Part shown: piece after piece, positions 10,719 to 20,150 of the stretch
Position numbering within the stretch: position 1 is the first letter of the stretch
Layout: every line of letters starts with the position of its first letter
Origin: Candidatus Omnitrophota bacterium
Lineage (GTDB): Bacteria; Omnitrophota; Gorgyraeia; Zapsychrales; Fredricksoniimonadaceae
DNA length: 64,000 bases
NCBI GenBank assembly: GCA_903860135.1
Contig: CAIOPG010000017.1
Span: 139,364 to 203,363, forward strand
Direction of reading: 5' to 3'
The notes under the pieces: model-generated
The model's input: only the letters and a program-made list of their open reading frames with translations
Database searches by the model: none
What the model was told of the DNA's origin: nothing
Position numbers and translations under genes: made by a program

Positions 10719-11156
10719 CTATAAACTTAAGACATTTTCAGCGGTTTGCTCAAAAAGCTGGCTCGACTTCGCGTAATATTCCTGCCAACGTGCCTGATCC
10801 CATATCTCGATGCGGTTGGAAACCCCGATCAGAACCGACTTGTCCTTGATCCCGGCGTAATCTTTCAAATACGACGGAAGAAGAAACCGCCCCTGCTTGT
10901 CCGGTACCACATCCATGGCTCCGGAAAAAAACATGCGGTTGAAGGTGCGCGAATCCTGTTTGGTGAACGGGACATCACGGAATTTCTGCTCGTACAACCG
11001 CCATTCCGCCTCGGCGAACATAAACACACAGGCCTCAAGCCCACGCGTGACGAAGAACTTGGACACACTGTTCTGGTTAGCCGCCTCACGGAACTTCGCC
11101 GGAAGGATCAGCCTGCCCTTGGTATCCAGATTGTGTGCATATTCACCGTAAAACAT
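10719..11156 (-). CDS. mraZ: Division/cell wall cluster repressor MraZ
   Basis: MFYGEY..LDTKGR..LPAKFR, DKQGR, GVSNRIEIWD. Confidence 0.97.
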   Translation of the reverse strand: MFYGEYAHNLDTKGRLILPAKFREAANQNSVSKFFVTRGLEACVFMFAEAEWRLYEQKFRDVPFTKQDSRTFNRMFFSGAMDVVPDKQGRFLLPSYLKDYAGIKDKSVLIGVSNRIEIWDQARWQEYYAKSSQLFEQTAENVLSL

Positions 11157-11180
11157 ATTAACCCTCAGGTTTTAGCGGAA

Positions 11181-11210
11181 CACACCACTTCACACCACTT
11201 TCCTCCACCC
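11181..11210 (-). promoter_or_regulatory. MraZ operator (dcw box): three GTGG repeats at 10-bp period
   Basis: + strand cacaccactt cacaccactt tcctccaccc has CCAC at 11185, 11195 and 11205, between the promoter and mraZ. Confidence 0.8.
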
Positions 11211-11219
11211 ACATGGACA

Positions 11220-11247
11220 ATTATAGTCCGGCACACGATGGTGTCAA
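11220..11247 (-). promoter_or_regulatory. Sigma70 promoter of the dcw operon
   Basis: Perfect TTGACA (11247-11242), 16-nt spacer, TATAAT (11225-11220). Confidence 0.8.
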
Positions 11248-11268
11248 CAAAATAAAGGGGAAATAATG

Positions 11269-11301
11269 AAAAAAGCCCGTGCGGCTAAGCGCACAGGCTT
11301 T
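11269..11301 (-). terminator. Rho-independent terminator after the AbiE locus
   Basis: Minus strand aaagcctgtgcg-cttagc-cgcacgggcttt followed by a T-tract. Confidence 0.7.
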
Positions 11302-11353
11302 CATGACGTTTTACAATCTAAAATTATAAACTATTTAACGCTTCATCAAGAAC

Positions 11354-11830
11354 TCAGACGGTGTCCAGCCATTGTTCAAACAAAAGGACGCGATCCTGCT
11401 GGGAAGGATCAGCTAGAAACGGAACAACATCACGCGCCAGGGACTTCATGTCGACGCTCTGCGCTCGCCGCCTCAGGGCATCAATCATGGAATCCTTGTC
11501 GCTGATACCAAGCCTGTCCTTTAAATAAACATAATCAGGAACAGCCTTGCCCATCAGGAACACAATATCAAAAAAATCCCTCCCTTTTTCTTTCCTGCGA
11601 TTCAAGCAGGCAAAAATCTTCTGCGCCGTCAATAACGCCGACGGCACAACATGGATATACCGGAATATACCAAAACGGTTGATCAGGAATTTTTCAGGAG
11701 TATACGCGTAATGTTGCGGCTCAGCGTCGATCTGGATCAGGATACGCTCTTGCTGATGCCCTGACATCCCCTGCTCGAACAACAACCCCGGAAAGCTGAT
11801 GTGGCAATGATACGCCCCCTTGAAATTCAA
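11354..11830 (-). pseudogene. AbiEii-family (type IV TA) nucleotidyltransferase toxin, C-terminal half only
   Basis: QKIFACLNRRKEKGRDFFDIVFL motif present; N-terminal GGT/RFSEDLD catalytic segment absent; overlaps the read-through tail of the antitoxin. Confidence 0.75.
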
Positions 11831-12440
11831 TATGTGCCATCTCCATCAATTGATGAACAGCCCTTGACACCTTCGCCGACGCAAATAATTTCACATAATC
11901 CCGCAGCTTTCCGACATCGACCACCCGTCGGATCTCCTCGAGGTTCAGCCGCATCCCGGCCAACACATCCTTATTGTCCGCTTCAGGCGTGAAATAAAAA
12001 TGATCGAGCAATGTTTTCTCGGGATCGGAAATATAAAATACATCATGATCATGGGCAATCACCCTTGCCCCGAAGAAAAGTCCCGGCTTGATCGACCGGT
12101 ACTGAAAATCGCCGACCGGAGTCCTGATCTTCCGGTTTCGGCGCGTCGTCATGCAGACCGTACAAAACACCGCTTCAGGAATAAAATTATAATACGCCAA
12201 TGCCGACTCGAGCGCAACATACGCCGGAGCATAGATCACGGAAGCAATGGCGCGCCTATTCACCTCATCAAGATGCTTCCCCTTCACAAGATAAAAATTG
12301 CGCGTCACCTTAAGAATAAGCCCCCGCTTCTGCCATTCATAAAGCCTGCGGCGGTCAAGCCCGTTAAAACAGGTGCTCACATTGCGCATATCAATGAGGC
12401 GCGTATCACCAAAAACTTGTAAGAATTCAATAAATTTCAT
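11721..12440 (-). CDS. AbiEi-family antitoxin / transcriptional regulator (C-terminus extended by read-through)
   Basis: LYEWQKRG wHTH, PAYVALESALAYYNFIPE, SDPEKTLLD motifs. Confidence 0.85.
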   Translation of the reverse strand: MKFIEFLQVFGDTRLIDMRNVSTCFNGLDRRRLYEWQKRGLILKVTRNFYLVKGKHLDEVNRRAIASVIYAPAYVALESALAYYNFIPEAVFCTVCMTTRRNRKIRTPVGDFQYRSIKPGLFFGARVIAHDHDVFYISDPEKTLLDHFYFTPEADNKDVLAGMRLNLEEIRRVVDVGKLRDYVKLFASAKVSRAVHQLMEMAHIEFQGGVSLPHQLSGVVVRAGDVRASARAYPDPDRR

Positions 12441-12595
12441 ATTTGAGTGCCATTTCTTAGTGTTTTATAACTAAAATATAGCACCGGAAATGATAAATTT
12501 CAAGACCGGGAATATGTTTAAAATCCGCTTTTCTGATTTTCTACTTTGCGTCATAGCAGGAAATGTGCTGTATTTAAACCAACTAAAGGAGACCC

Positions 12596-12787
12596 ATGAC
12601 GGTTACGCTGTCGAGCAAGAATCAGATCACCATCCCCAAAAAGATAGCCCACACGGCAACCACGATCAGGTTAAACGATTCCTCGCGCAAAATTAGCGTA
12701 ATACTTCAAATCCTTGTTTTCTTAGCCACGCGTCTCGTCGAACATCATCTTGACTTTGACAAGGCTGTCCACCATCAACTTCAATAA
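12596..12787 (+). pseudogene. Remnant of an AbrB/MazE/SpoVT-family antitoxin
   Basis: AAGGAG RBS, then MTVTLSSKNQITIPKKI (typical AbrB N-terminus); the remainder does not resemble the family. Confidence 0.55.
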
Positions 12788-12906
12788 CAAGCCTCATTCC
12801 ATAACAAACAAAATCGACAAGGTATAGCAGGTAACATAATTTTGTTTAAAATATGATTAATAGTGCTTGTCGACCGATTATAATTAATGTCGTTTGGAGA
12901 TTCTTC

Positions 12907-12989
12907 ACCAGAAGTCATACACCTTGGGAACGTCAAATCATAGGCACGATGAAATAATCATCGCAGAGCCGAAGAAGCAGATGTGATCG
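12907..12989. repeat. ~84-bp imperfect direct repeat, copy 1
   Basis: Aligns with 16967-17050 with 10 mismatches and 1 gap by manual alignment; first 24 nt identical (accagaagtcatacaccttgggaa). Confidence 0.9.
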
Positions 12990-13013
12990 CCGGGAAACGA
13001 TCGAATCAAATGA

Positions 13014-13706
<693 letters not shown>

Positions 13707-13790
13707 ATTTCATCGTCAACCTTTCTTGCGCGCATCTATTGCTGTTAATCTTGCCATCCATCCCCCTTTTATATGCACACAACTACGTAC

Positions 13791-13819
13791 ATTCTATTAC
13801 GGACCACCATAAAAATCAA
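13791..13819 (-). promoter_or_regulatory. Candidate sigma70 promoter of the lectin gene
   Basis: TTGATT, 17-nt spacer, TAGAAT on the minus strand. Confidence 0.5.
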
Positions 13820-13925
13820 GTCAAAACATAGCGCACATCCGAGTTGGAAAAACTACTCATGAGAAGACTTTATCGTCGCCACCGGCACCACTTGCTGTTG
13901 CCGCGTCAAAGTATTTAAAAATCCC

Positions 13926-14885
13926 TTAAATGCAACAATCCCGATGTCCCCTGGATGCAAAGAAACGGCGGGCCTGGGTGATGTCGCGGGCGATCTGGGC
14001 GATGAGGGTTTCTTTGTCCGCGAAGACCTTGTCGTCGCGGAGTTTCTTGAGGAATTCAACGCAGATCTCGCGGCCGTACAACTGGCCGTGATAATCCAGC
14101 ACATGAAGCTCGCGAACGATGGGCGCGTCTTTGCCCTTGAACGTCGGGCGGCGGCCAATGTAACAGAGGCCGTTGTGCGCACAGCCCGCCCATGACGCGC
14201 GGACCAGATAGATCCCCGCCGGTAAATTGACAACATTCTCTTCCCTGAAATTCGCCGTCGGATAACCGAGCGTCCGGCCGCGGGCATCGCCAGCTTCAAT
14301 CGCACCGAGGAAAGAAAAAGGCCGGTGCAGGCAACGCCGCACGCCAGCCAGGTCGCCAGCGGTGATCAGGGCCTTGATGGCCGTGGACTTGATATCCTTG
14401 CCGGTCGCACGCAGGATATCGATCTGCTCGACGGCAAATCCAAGAGTTTTACCCATCGCGCATAAGAAGTCCACCGTACCGGCCCGCGCACGCCCGAAAT
14501 GAAAATCACGGCCAATGATGACGGCCCGCGTATGCAGCCATCCATGAAGGAATTTTGTGACAAAAGTTTTCGGCAGCCAGGAAGAAAAACGGCGGTTGAA
14601 ACGCAGGACAACACACACATCCACCCCCAGTGCTTCAATGAGGCGCAAGCGGTGCTCAAGGGTCATGATATACGGCCAGGCTTTAAGCGGCCGCAGGATA
14701 GCGCACGGATGCGGATCAAAGGTCACCACAACCGACGGCACCTTCAGCCGGAGCGCCTCTGCGACGGCCCGGGCAATGACCCGCTGATGCCCGCGGTGAA
14801 CCCCGTCGAACACGCCGATGGCGGCCACCGAGGCTTTCAGTTCAGGCGGAAGGGTGCCATGGATGAATATGCGTCGCATTGACAT
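13926..14885 (-). CDS. ribF: Bifunctional riboflavin kinase / FAD synthetase
   Basis: IGVFDGVHRGH, TFDPHP, GRTLGYPTAN, GRRPT motifs. Confidence 0.95.
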   Translation of the reverse strand: MSMRRIFIHGTLPPELKASVAAIGVFDGVHRGHQRVIARAVAEALRLKVPSVVVTFDPHPCAILRPLKAWPYIMTLEHRLRLIEALGVDVCVVLRFNRRFSSWLPKTFVTKFLHGWLHTRAVIIGRDFHFGRARAGTVDFLCAMGKTLGFAVEQIDILRATGKDIKSTAIKALITAGDLAGVRRCLHRPFSFLGAIEAGDARGRTLGYPTANFREENVVNLPAGIYLVRASWAGCAHNGLCYIGRRPTFKGKDAPIVRELHVLDYHGQLYGREICVEFLKKLRDDKVFADKETLIAQIARDITQARRFFASRGHRDCCI

Positions 14886-15510
14886 CGTCGAGTTTTACCG
14901 CGTCATTGATGGTGAATGGGCCGACCTTGGTACGGCGGATCTCGGTGATACAGGCTCCGCACCCCAGATCCTCGCCAACATCCTCGGCGATCTGACGGAC
15001 ATAGGTCCCCTTGGAGCAATCCAGATGGAAACGGACGAAAGGCGGCGCGAATTCGATCAGGTCCAAGGTATCCACCCGGATCTGGCGCGGTTCGCGCTTG
15101 ACCTCGATCCCCTTGCGGGCAAGTTTATACAGGCGTTGCCCCTCGTGTTTTACCGCCGAAACCATGGGCGGGATCTGGTCGATCAGGCCCGTGAATTTTT
15201 TAAACGATGCCTCGACCATCGGCTGGGTCACCGCTTCGAAAGGACGTTCAAGCAAGACTTCCCCCTGGATATCCGCACTGCGCGTCTTGACGCCCAGCTT
15301 GAGGGTCGCGCCATAGCCTTTATCAAAACCAACGAATTTGTCGAACAACCGTGTTGACGGCCCGACGAGAATAACGAGCACACCCGTTGCCAGGGGGTCA
15401 AGTGTGCCGGCATGCCCCACGCGTTTGTTCCTGATCTTCCGGCGGATGATCGCCACCACATCGTGCGACGTCATGCCCGAAGGCTTATCTACCACAATGA
15501 TCCCGTCCAT
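14842..15510 (-). CDS. truB: tRNA pseudouridine-55 synthase (short form, no C-terminal PUA domain)
   Basis: DKPSGMTSHDVV, GHAGTLDPLATGVL, CSKGTYVR; start reset to MDGII at 15510. Confidence 0.95.
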   Translation of the reverse strand: MDGIIVVDKPSGMTSHDVVAIIRRKIRNKRVGHAGTLDPLATGVLVILVGPSTRLFDKFVGFDKGYGATLKLGVKTRSADIQGEVLLERPFEAVTQPMVEASFKKFTGLIDQIPPMVSAVKHEGQRLYKLARKGIEVKREPRQIRVDTLDLIEFAPPFVRFHLDCSKGTYVRQIAEDVGEDLGCGACITEIRRTKVGPFTINDAVKLDDVNATHIHPWHPSA

Positions 15511-15535
15511 AGCAATATCAACCTCAAATGCAGAT

Positions 15536-16492
15536 TTATATGATCCTGGCGATCGCGGCAAGGACCTGCGTCTTTGCCTGCGCCAAAGGTTTATCCAGAA
15601 AACCGCCGCTCGCATTCTTGTGCCCGCCGCCGTTAAACCCCGAAGCCAACTGCGCCACATCCACGGTGCCGCGACTGCGGAAATTCAGGCGTGTCTTTCT
15701 TTTTTCCTGCTCGGTGATGATCATGACCACGTCCAGCCCCTTGACCGCGCGCAAGAACCCAAAGACCTTATCCTTCACATCCAGGCCATCGGAGAATACC
15801 GCCGCCTGTCGACGGGAAATGCCCAGGCAGGCCACCCGGTTATCCAGATGCAACGTTAGCGTATTCATCAGGCGCAGGAAGGCCTTGAGGTCTTTCTCCG
15901 GCATGGTCTCGTAGGCCTGACGGTACAGCCCGCTCACCGACAGCTCGAATTTCATCAGTTCGGCGATCACCGTGTGCGTTTGCGCGCTGGTGCAGTCAAA
16001 ACCAAAAGAGCCCGTGTCGGTTAAAATGCCCAGATAAAGAAGCTCGGCCATGTCGCGCGTCAATGGCTGGCCAGAAGCCTTCAGGAGGCCATAAACGATC
16101 TCCGACGTCGAAGAACTGTCCAGCTTGACCAGGTTCTGATCGCCAAAAGCGGTGTTGGTCACATGATGGTCAATGTTGATCACCTTGACACCCGGCCCCA
16201 TGAGGCGCGCCGGCTTGCCGGTACGTTCCTTGTCGCCGCAATCAAGCACAATGGCTACGTCGGGCACGAATTTTATCTTGTCATTATAAGTTTCATAATA
16301 ACGCACCTGCGGCACAAACTTCAGCCACGCGGGGCATGGCCCGTCGTTAATAAGGCGGACTTTTTTGCCAAGCGCGCGTAAAAAAAGCGTCACGGCCAGA
16401 GCCGACCCGAGAGCATCAGGGTCAGGGTTGACGTGCATGGTCACCAGGAACGTGCGGTGAGCCTTGATCGTGCGGAGAATGGCGCGGGGCAT
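15536..16492 (-). CDS. nrnA: DHH/DHHA1 nanoRNase / pAp phosphatase
   Basis: HVNPDPDALGS, IDHH, GILTDTG, GGGHKNASG. Confidence 0.9.
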   Translation of the reverse strand: MPRAILRTIKAHRTFLVTMHVNPDPDALGSALAVTLFLRALGKKVRLINDGPCPAWLKFVPQVRYYETYNDKIKFVPDVAIVLDCGDKERTGKPARLMGPGVKVINIDHHVTNTAFGDQNLVKLDSSSTSEIVYGLLKASGQPLTRDMAELLYLGILTDTGSFGFDCTSAQTHTVIAELMKFELSVSGLYRQAYETMPEKDLKAFLRLMNTLTLHLDNRVACLGISRRQAAVFSDGLDVKDKVFGFLRAVKGLDVVMIITEQEKRKTRLNFRSRGTVDVAQLASGFNGGGHKNASGGFLDKPLAQAKTQVLAAIARII

Positions 16493-16495
16493 GGG

Positions 16496-16912
16496 TTAAG
16501 CGTCCCCGGCTGCGGTTGGCTGTCCTTCGGCCGTTGCTTCTTCGCCCGAAGGTGTTGCCTGACGCGCGCGGCCAGCTTCGAGCTCGTTGAACAACTGGGT
16601 CATGTGGACACCTTGCGCGATGGTATTATCATAAACAAATTTTACTTCAGGCACATGCCTCAAGGTGATCCGCTGTCCGAGCAAACGCCGCACCATACCC
16701 TTGGCTGAATCAAGCCCGCCCTGCACCCGGCGTATGGCATCCGGATCGTCGGACAAGACACTGAAGCCCACATGCGCCCAGCTCAAGTCCTTGCTGACAT
16801 CAACATAGGTGATGGTCACCCCGGTCACACGCGGGTCGCGGATCTCGCCGAGCAACATCATCTGGCTGATCTCACGCTTGATAAACTGATTGATCCTGTC
16901 CATACGTTCCAT
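16496..16912 (-). CDS. rbfA: Ribosome-binding factor A
   Basis: R.DRIN..IKREIS, RDPRV, VSKDLS.A, LRHVPE..F.YD; GAGGAG RBS before ATG at 16912. Confidence 0.93.
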   Translation of the reverse strand: MERMDRINQFIKREISQMMLLGEIRDPRVTGVTITYVDVSKDLSWAHVGFSVLSDDPDAIRRVQGGLDSAKGMVRRLLGQRITLRHVPEVKFVYDNTIAQGVHMTQLFNELEAGRARQATPSGEEATAEGQPTAAGDA

Positions 16913-16966
16913 AAAAGTCTCCTCTCCCGTATCTGACGGGCTATCCGCTAGAATGTCCACAAGCAT

Positions 16967-17050
16967 ACCAGAAGTCATACACCTTGGGAAGCGTCAAATC
17001 ACGGGCATGAGGAAATGATCATCGCGGATCCGATGACGCAGGTGTGATCG
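16967..17050. repeat. ~84-bp imperfect direct repeat, copy 2 (covers the last codons, stop and 3' flank of the 1030-aa gene)
   Basis: Aligns with 12907-12989. Confidence 0.9.
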
Positions 17051-20000
17051 TCAAGAGGACTGGCTTGAAACCGGCAAACGAAGGCAAAAGGAAATCTTCA
17101 TTACCGACAACTTTTTCATCCGATGCCGCCTGGCTCCGGTCAACCGCCACCTCCATCCCGCTGGCATCAATACCACCGTATTTCTTCTGATCAGCAAGAC
17201 CCTTAGCATCTTTTTTCTGAAGCCTGTACACATGATATTCCCATGGCTGCAACGTCCATGTTCGTTCTTTGACCATATCCCTGAAAGACACTGGCGGCGC
17301 TTCGGGATGAAGAATATCGCTGAATTCCATCTGATCCTTTTCATCCTCGGTAAGATAATCCCACTGAAAATGCTGATTAATATAGGGAATTGTCTTCTCC
17401 GTACCGCTGTGATTCACGACAACAAGGCCAACCTCATAAGAACCGTCCTCATTCTGAATGCGGCGCTGATCAACCAAAACCCCTTCGGGAAGATCACGCT
17501 GATCACCAACCAAAGCCGGCCGCATTGTTCCGTTACACCATAATTTATCTGCCATCAAAGAAAATAAATTCTTATAAAATGATGTGAGTTCAGGGTATTC
17601 CAGCCACGTATCTTCTGCATCGGGTTGATTCAGTGCATCGGGCTTACCGTTGGTCTCGGCATGACGCCCCGTTTCAAACCCCTCATTGATCAGCGTGCCC
17701 CCGGAGAAATAGGCCATCAGCGCCGCATTGGCGGCCTTGGCACGTGCTATAAAACTTTTTAATACGCGCTCACTCAACAAAGCATTAATTTCATCTGGAT
17801 CATCACTAAAATCCTTGTGCAAGACAGCCTCAATCTCAGGGATGTCAGCATTAAGATAAAGATCTTGATCGTTTTCTCTTACATATCCCTGCTCGATCAA
17901 CGACCTCACAATAATGCCTCCCCTCAATGGCGCAGCCTCCGTAACAGCCTGCCAGCTGAAAGCCGTTGTTTCACGTATCTCATCAATGGTCCTTTTCCCA
18001 CGAATATCATCATGATTTTCGAGAAACTTTATAATACCCTGCATGTAAAAATCAGCCCCCTCAGACAACAACGAACCAAACATTCTGGAACTACGACGCA
18101 AAGATACAAAATGCTCCAAAGAAAGATGTTTGGCATAAACAAAATCAATCCCCAGCTTCAAAGCATATTCTTCATTCTCATACATTTCTGCAATAAAAAC
18201 AGAATCCGGATACTTTTTTTTCATTTCTCTAAAAAGATTCCTCCAAAAATCATCATTCATATCGCCATACTTTAATTCCCCCCAACTATTATTGAACCGG
18301 CCTGCCAAAGCCAGATGGAACATGTCAAAACGAATACCTCCACCGTTCGTCAACCGCATAATACGATCAATTAACGCCTCAATATATACCTGAGTTTCCG
18401 GCTTGGAAAAGTCAAAAGCCACCGTGTCCAGCCATGCCGCATAATAAGGATCCTTTTGATGCGCATAAATCCAGGATTTTCCATTTTTATCTTTATGCCA
18501 AAAGAAAAACCTGACAAATTCACTTTCCTGAAGATTCTTCCGAATCCCCCTGAAATAACTGCTCAAATTGGCGATCTCCGCTTCTGGTATTCTGCCTTCT
18601 TCAACCCGTATGAACAGCTCCGGATGTTCCTCCATCAATTTTCCCATGACACCGGCATGATTGGTCACAAGATCAACACACACTTTTATCCCATACTTGG
18701 CCGCACGTTCGACAAGCCTTTTAAAAGCCGCCTCGCCACCCAGGCTTGCCGCCACCGTATAATCATCGAGGCTATACGCGGAGGCCAGGCGCTGCTTTTG
18801 CCCAAAGATCTTAGCTGCCCATCCCTGATAATATCGGCTAAACTTGGATCGCTCCCATATGCCCATGGTCCACAACTCATTGATCCCCTTGTCTGCCAAC
18901 CCTTGAAGGTATTCATCCGTGATTTTGTCAAAACGCTTCGTAGGCCCGGCATGCCACAAATATATAACGGGGGCGTGCGTAAGCTTGACCGGCGCCACTT
19001 CCGCCGCCAGATCAACAACAGCCACGTCGGGAACTGCCGGCAATGGACCTGACACCACCGAAAAAACACCCGGTGTTAACATGCCAAAATCATTTACCCC
19101 GCCGGAAAAATACTTGCGCGGCAAAAGTTCGCCGGACACGGCATCCTTCTCTTCGCGGATGAGATTGACAGCACCTTTCTTATACGCGTCCACATACGTA
19201 TCATAAATCTTGCGCGGTTCCGCCTTGTCGGCGATAGCAACGCCCGCGAGCCTTGCCTTGTCCAGATAAGACCGGCGCCAGGGCGCGGCCCCTTTTTTCT
19301 GACGGTACCATTTGGCCAGGATCAGGGCCTGAAATATCTGCCGTAACCGGGCAAAGCGAGCGCCTTCATTAACCTCCCGCTCGATCACGGGCACAATGAC
19401 CTCGCGCATCACCTGAACAACAGCCTCCTGCCCCGCATTCAGGGCATGACTTCCCTCTGCCTGCGCGCGCGCCAGATAATCCTGTTCAAGCATGACCTTG
19501 AGGCGCGCCTCAACAACCACCCCGCTCAAGCCCTTCTCAACAACCCGCGCCCGCGCCGGAACGATCCACACCTTGTGAAAATCATCGGTCAATGCCCCCA
19601 CATTCACATCACGGTCTGAAACCGCGCGCAACCGTGCCCAAAACACACGGCCACTGGCGCTGTCAGGATGCAATAACGATGCCGTGAACTGTTTAAGGAT
19701 ATAATCCTGGGCCAGGAGATCGCGCCCCAGCTCGGTCATCCCCAGGGTTTTTGTCACGATGCGGTCGGATTCATACGGAGAAAGATTGACCCAGAATTCT
19801 TTTTCAGGAACGGCCAAGCCTGTCAGGAAATACCGCGCCTGCCGCGCAACATTTTCCCGCAAGTCAGCCTCCGGCGTTTGCCCCTTGTCGAGCATGAACA
19901 AAAGCTTGCGCGGCTGTTGCGGGTCGATCCGCAGTCCCTTGACCAGCGCCGGCGTATAGACACCCCCCGTCACAACCAGGGTGCCCGGCAACGGAAGATC

Positions 20001-20111
20001 TCTCAACGCCTGCGCCTCAGCCAAGATCGGTGTCAGTAAAAACACGACCGCCGTCAGTAAAGAACAAACGGCCTTGAAAGGAAATTTATGATGAAATAAA
20101 GGCACCATCAC
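17019..20111 (-). CDS. Chassis-cargo family paralog 1: signal peptide + conserved N-domain + GH13 alpha-amylase-family cargo + GGID tail
   Basis: N-domain motifs WVNLSPYE, GRDLLAQDY, KVWIVP, LKVMLE, PRKYFSGGV; GH13 regions DLVTNH, GIRFD, AEMY, FLENHDD. Confidence 0.85.
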   Translation of the reverse strand: MMVPLFHHKFPFKAVCSLLTAVVFLLTPILAEAQALRDLPLPGTLVVTGGVYTPALVKGLRIDPQQPRKLLFMLDKGQTPEADLRENVARQARYFLTGLAVPEKEFWVNLSPYESDRIVTKTLGMTELGRDLLAQDYILKQFTASLLHPDSASGRVFWARLRAVSDRDVNVGALTDDFHKVWIVPARARVVEKGLSGVVVEARLKVMLEQDYLARAQAEGSHALNAGQEAVVQVMREVIVPVIEREVNEGARFARLRQIFQALILAKWYRQKKGAAPWRRSYLDKARLAGVAIADKAEPRKIYDTYVDAYKKGAVNLIREEKDAVSGELLPRKYFSGGVNDFGMLTPGVFSVVSGPLPAVPDVAVVDLAAEVAPVKLTHAPVIYLWHAGPTKRFDKITDEYLQGLADKGINELWTMGIWERSKFSRYYQGWAAKIFGQKQRLASAYSLDDYTVAASLGGEAAFKRLVERAAKYGIKVCVDLVTNHAGVMGKLMEEHPELFIRVEEGRIPEAEIANLSSYFRGIRKNLQESEFVRFFFWHKDKNGKSWIYAHQKDPYYAAWLDTVAFDFSKPETQVYIEALIDRIMRLTNGGGIRFDMFHLALAGRFNNSWGELKYGDMNDDFWRNLFREMKKKYPDSVFIAEMYENEEYALKLGIDFVYAKHLSLEHFVSLRRSSRMFGSLLSEGADFYMQGIIKFLENHDDIRGKRTIDEIRETTAFSWQAVTEAAPLRGGIIVRSLIEQGYVRENDQDLYLNADIPEIEAVLHKDFSDDPDEINALLSERVLKSFIARAKAANAALMAYFSGGTLINEGFETGRHAETNGKPDALNQPDAEDTWLEYPELTSFYKNLFSLMADKLWCNGTMRPALVGDQRDLPEGVLVDQRRIQNEDGSYEVGLVVVNHSGTEKTIPYINQHFQWDYLTEDEKDQMEFSDILHPEAPPVSFRDMVKERTWTLQPWEYHVYRLQKKDAKGLADQKKYGGIDASGMEVAVDRSQAASDEKVVGNEDFLLPSFAGFKPVLLTITPASSDPR

Positions 20112-20150
20112 GCGCTCCGTTTACATCGTAGAAATATCCATCCCCGTCAA

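Noticed and set aside
11181-11210. Tandem 10-bp repeats as CRISPR or iterons
   Set aside because: No spacers; position and GTGG periodicity fit the MraZ operator.
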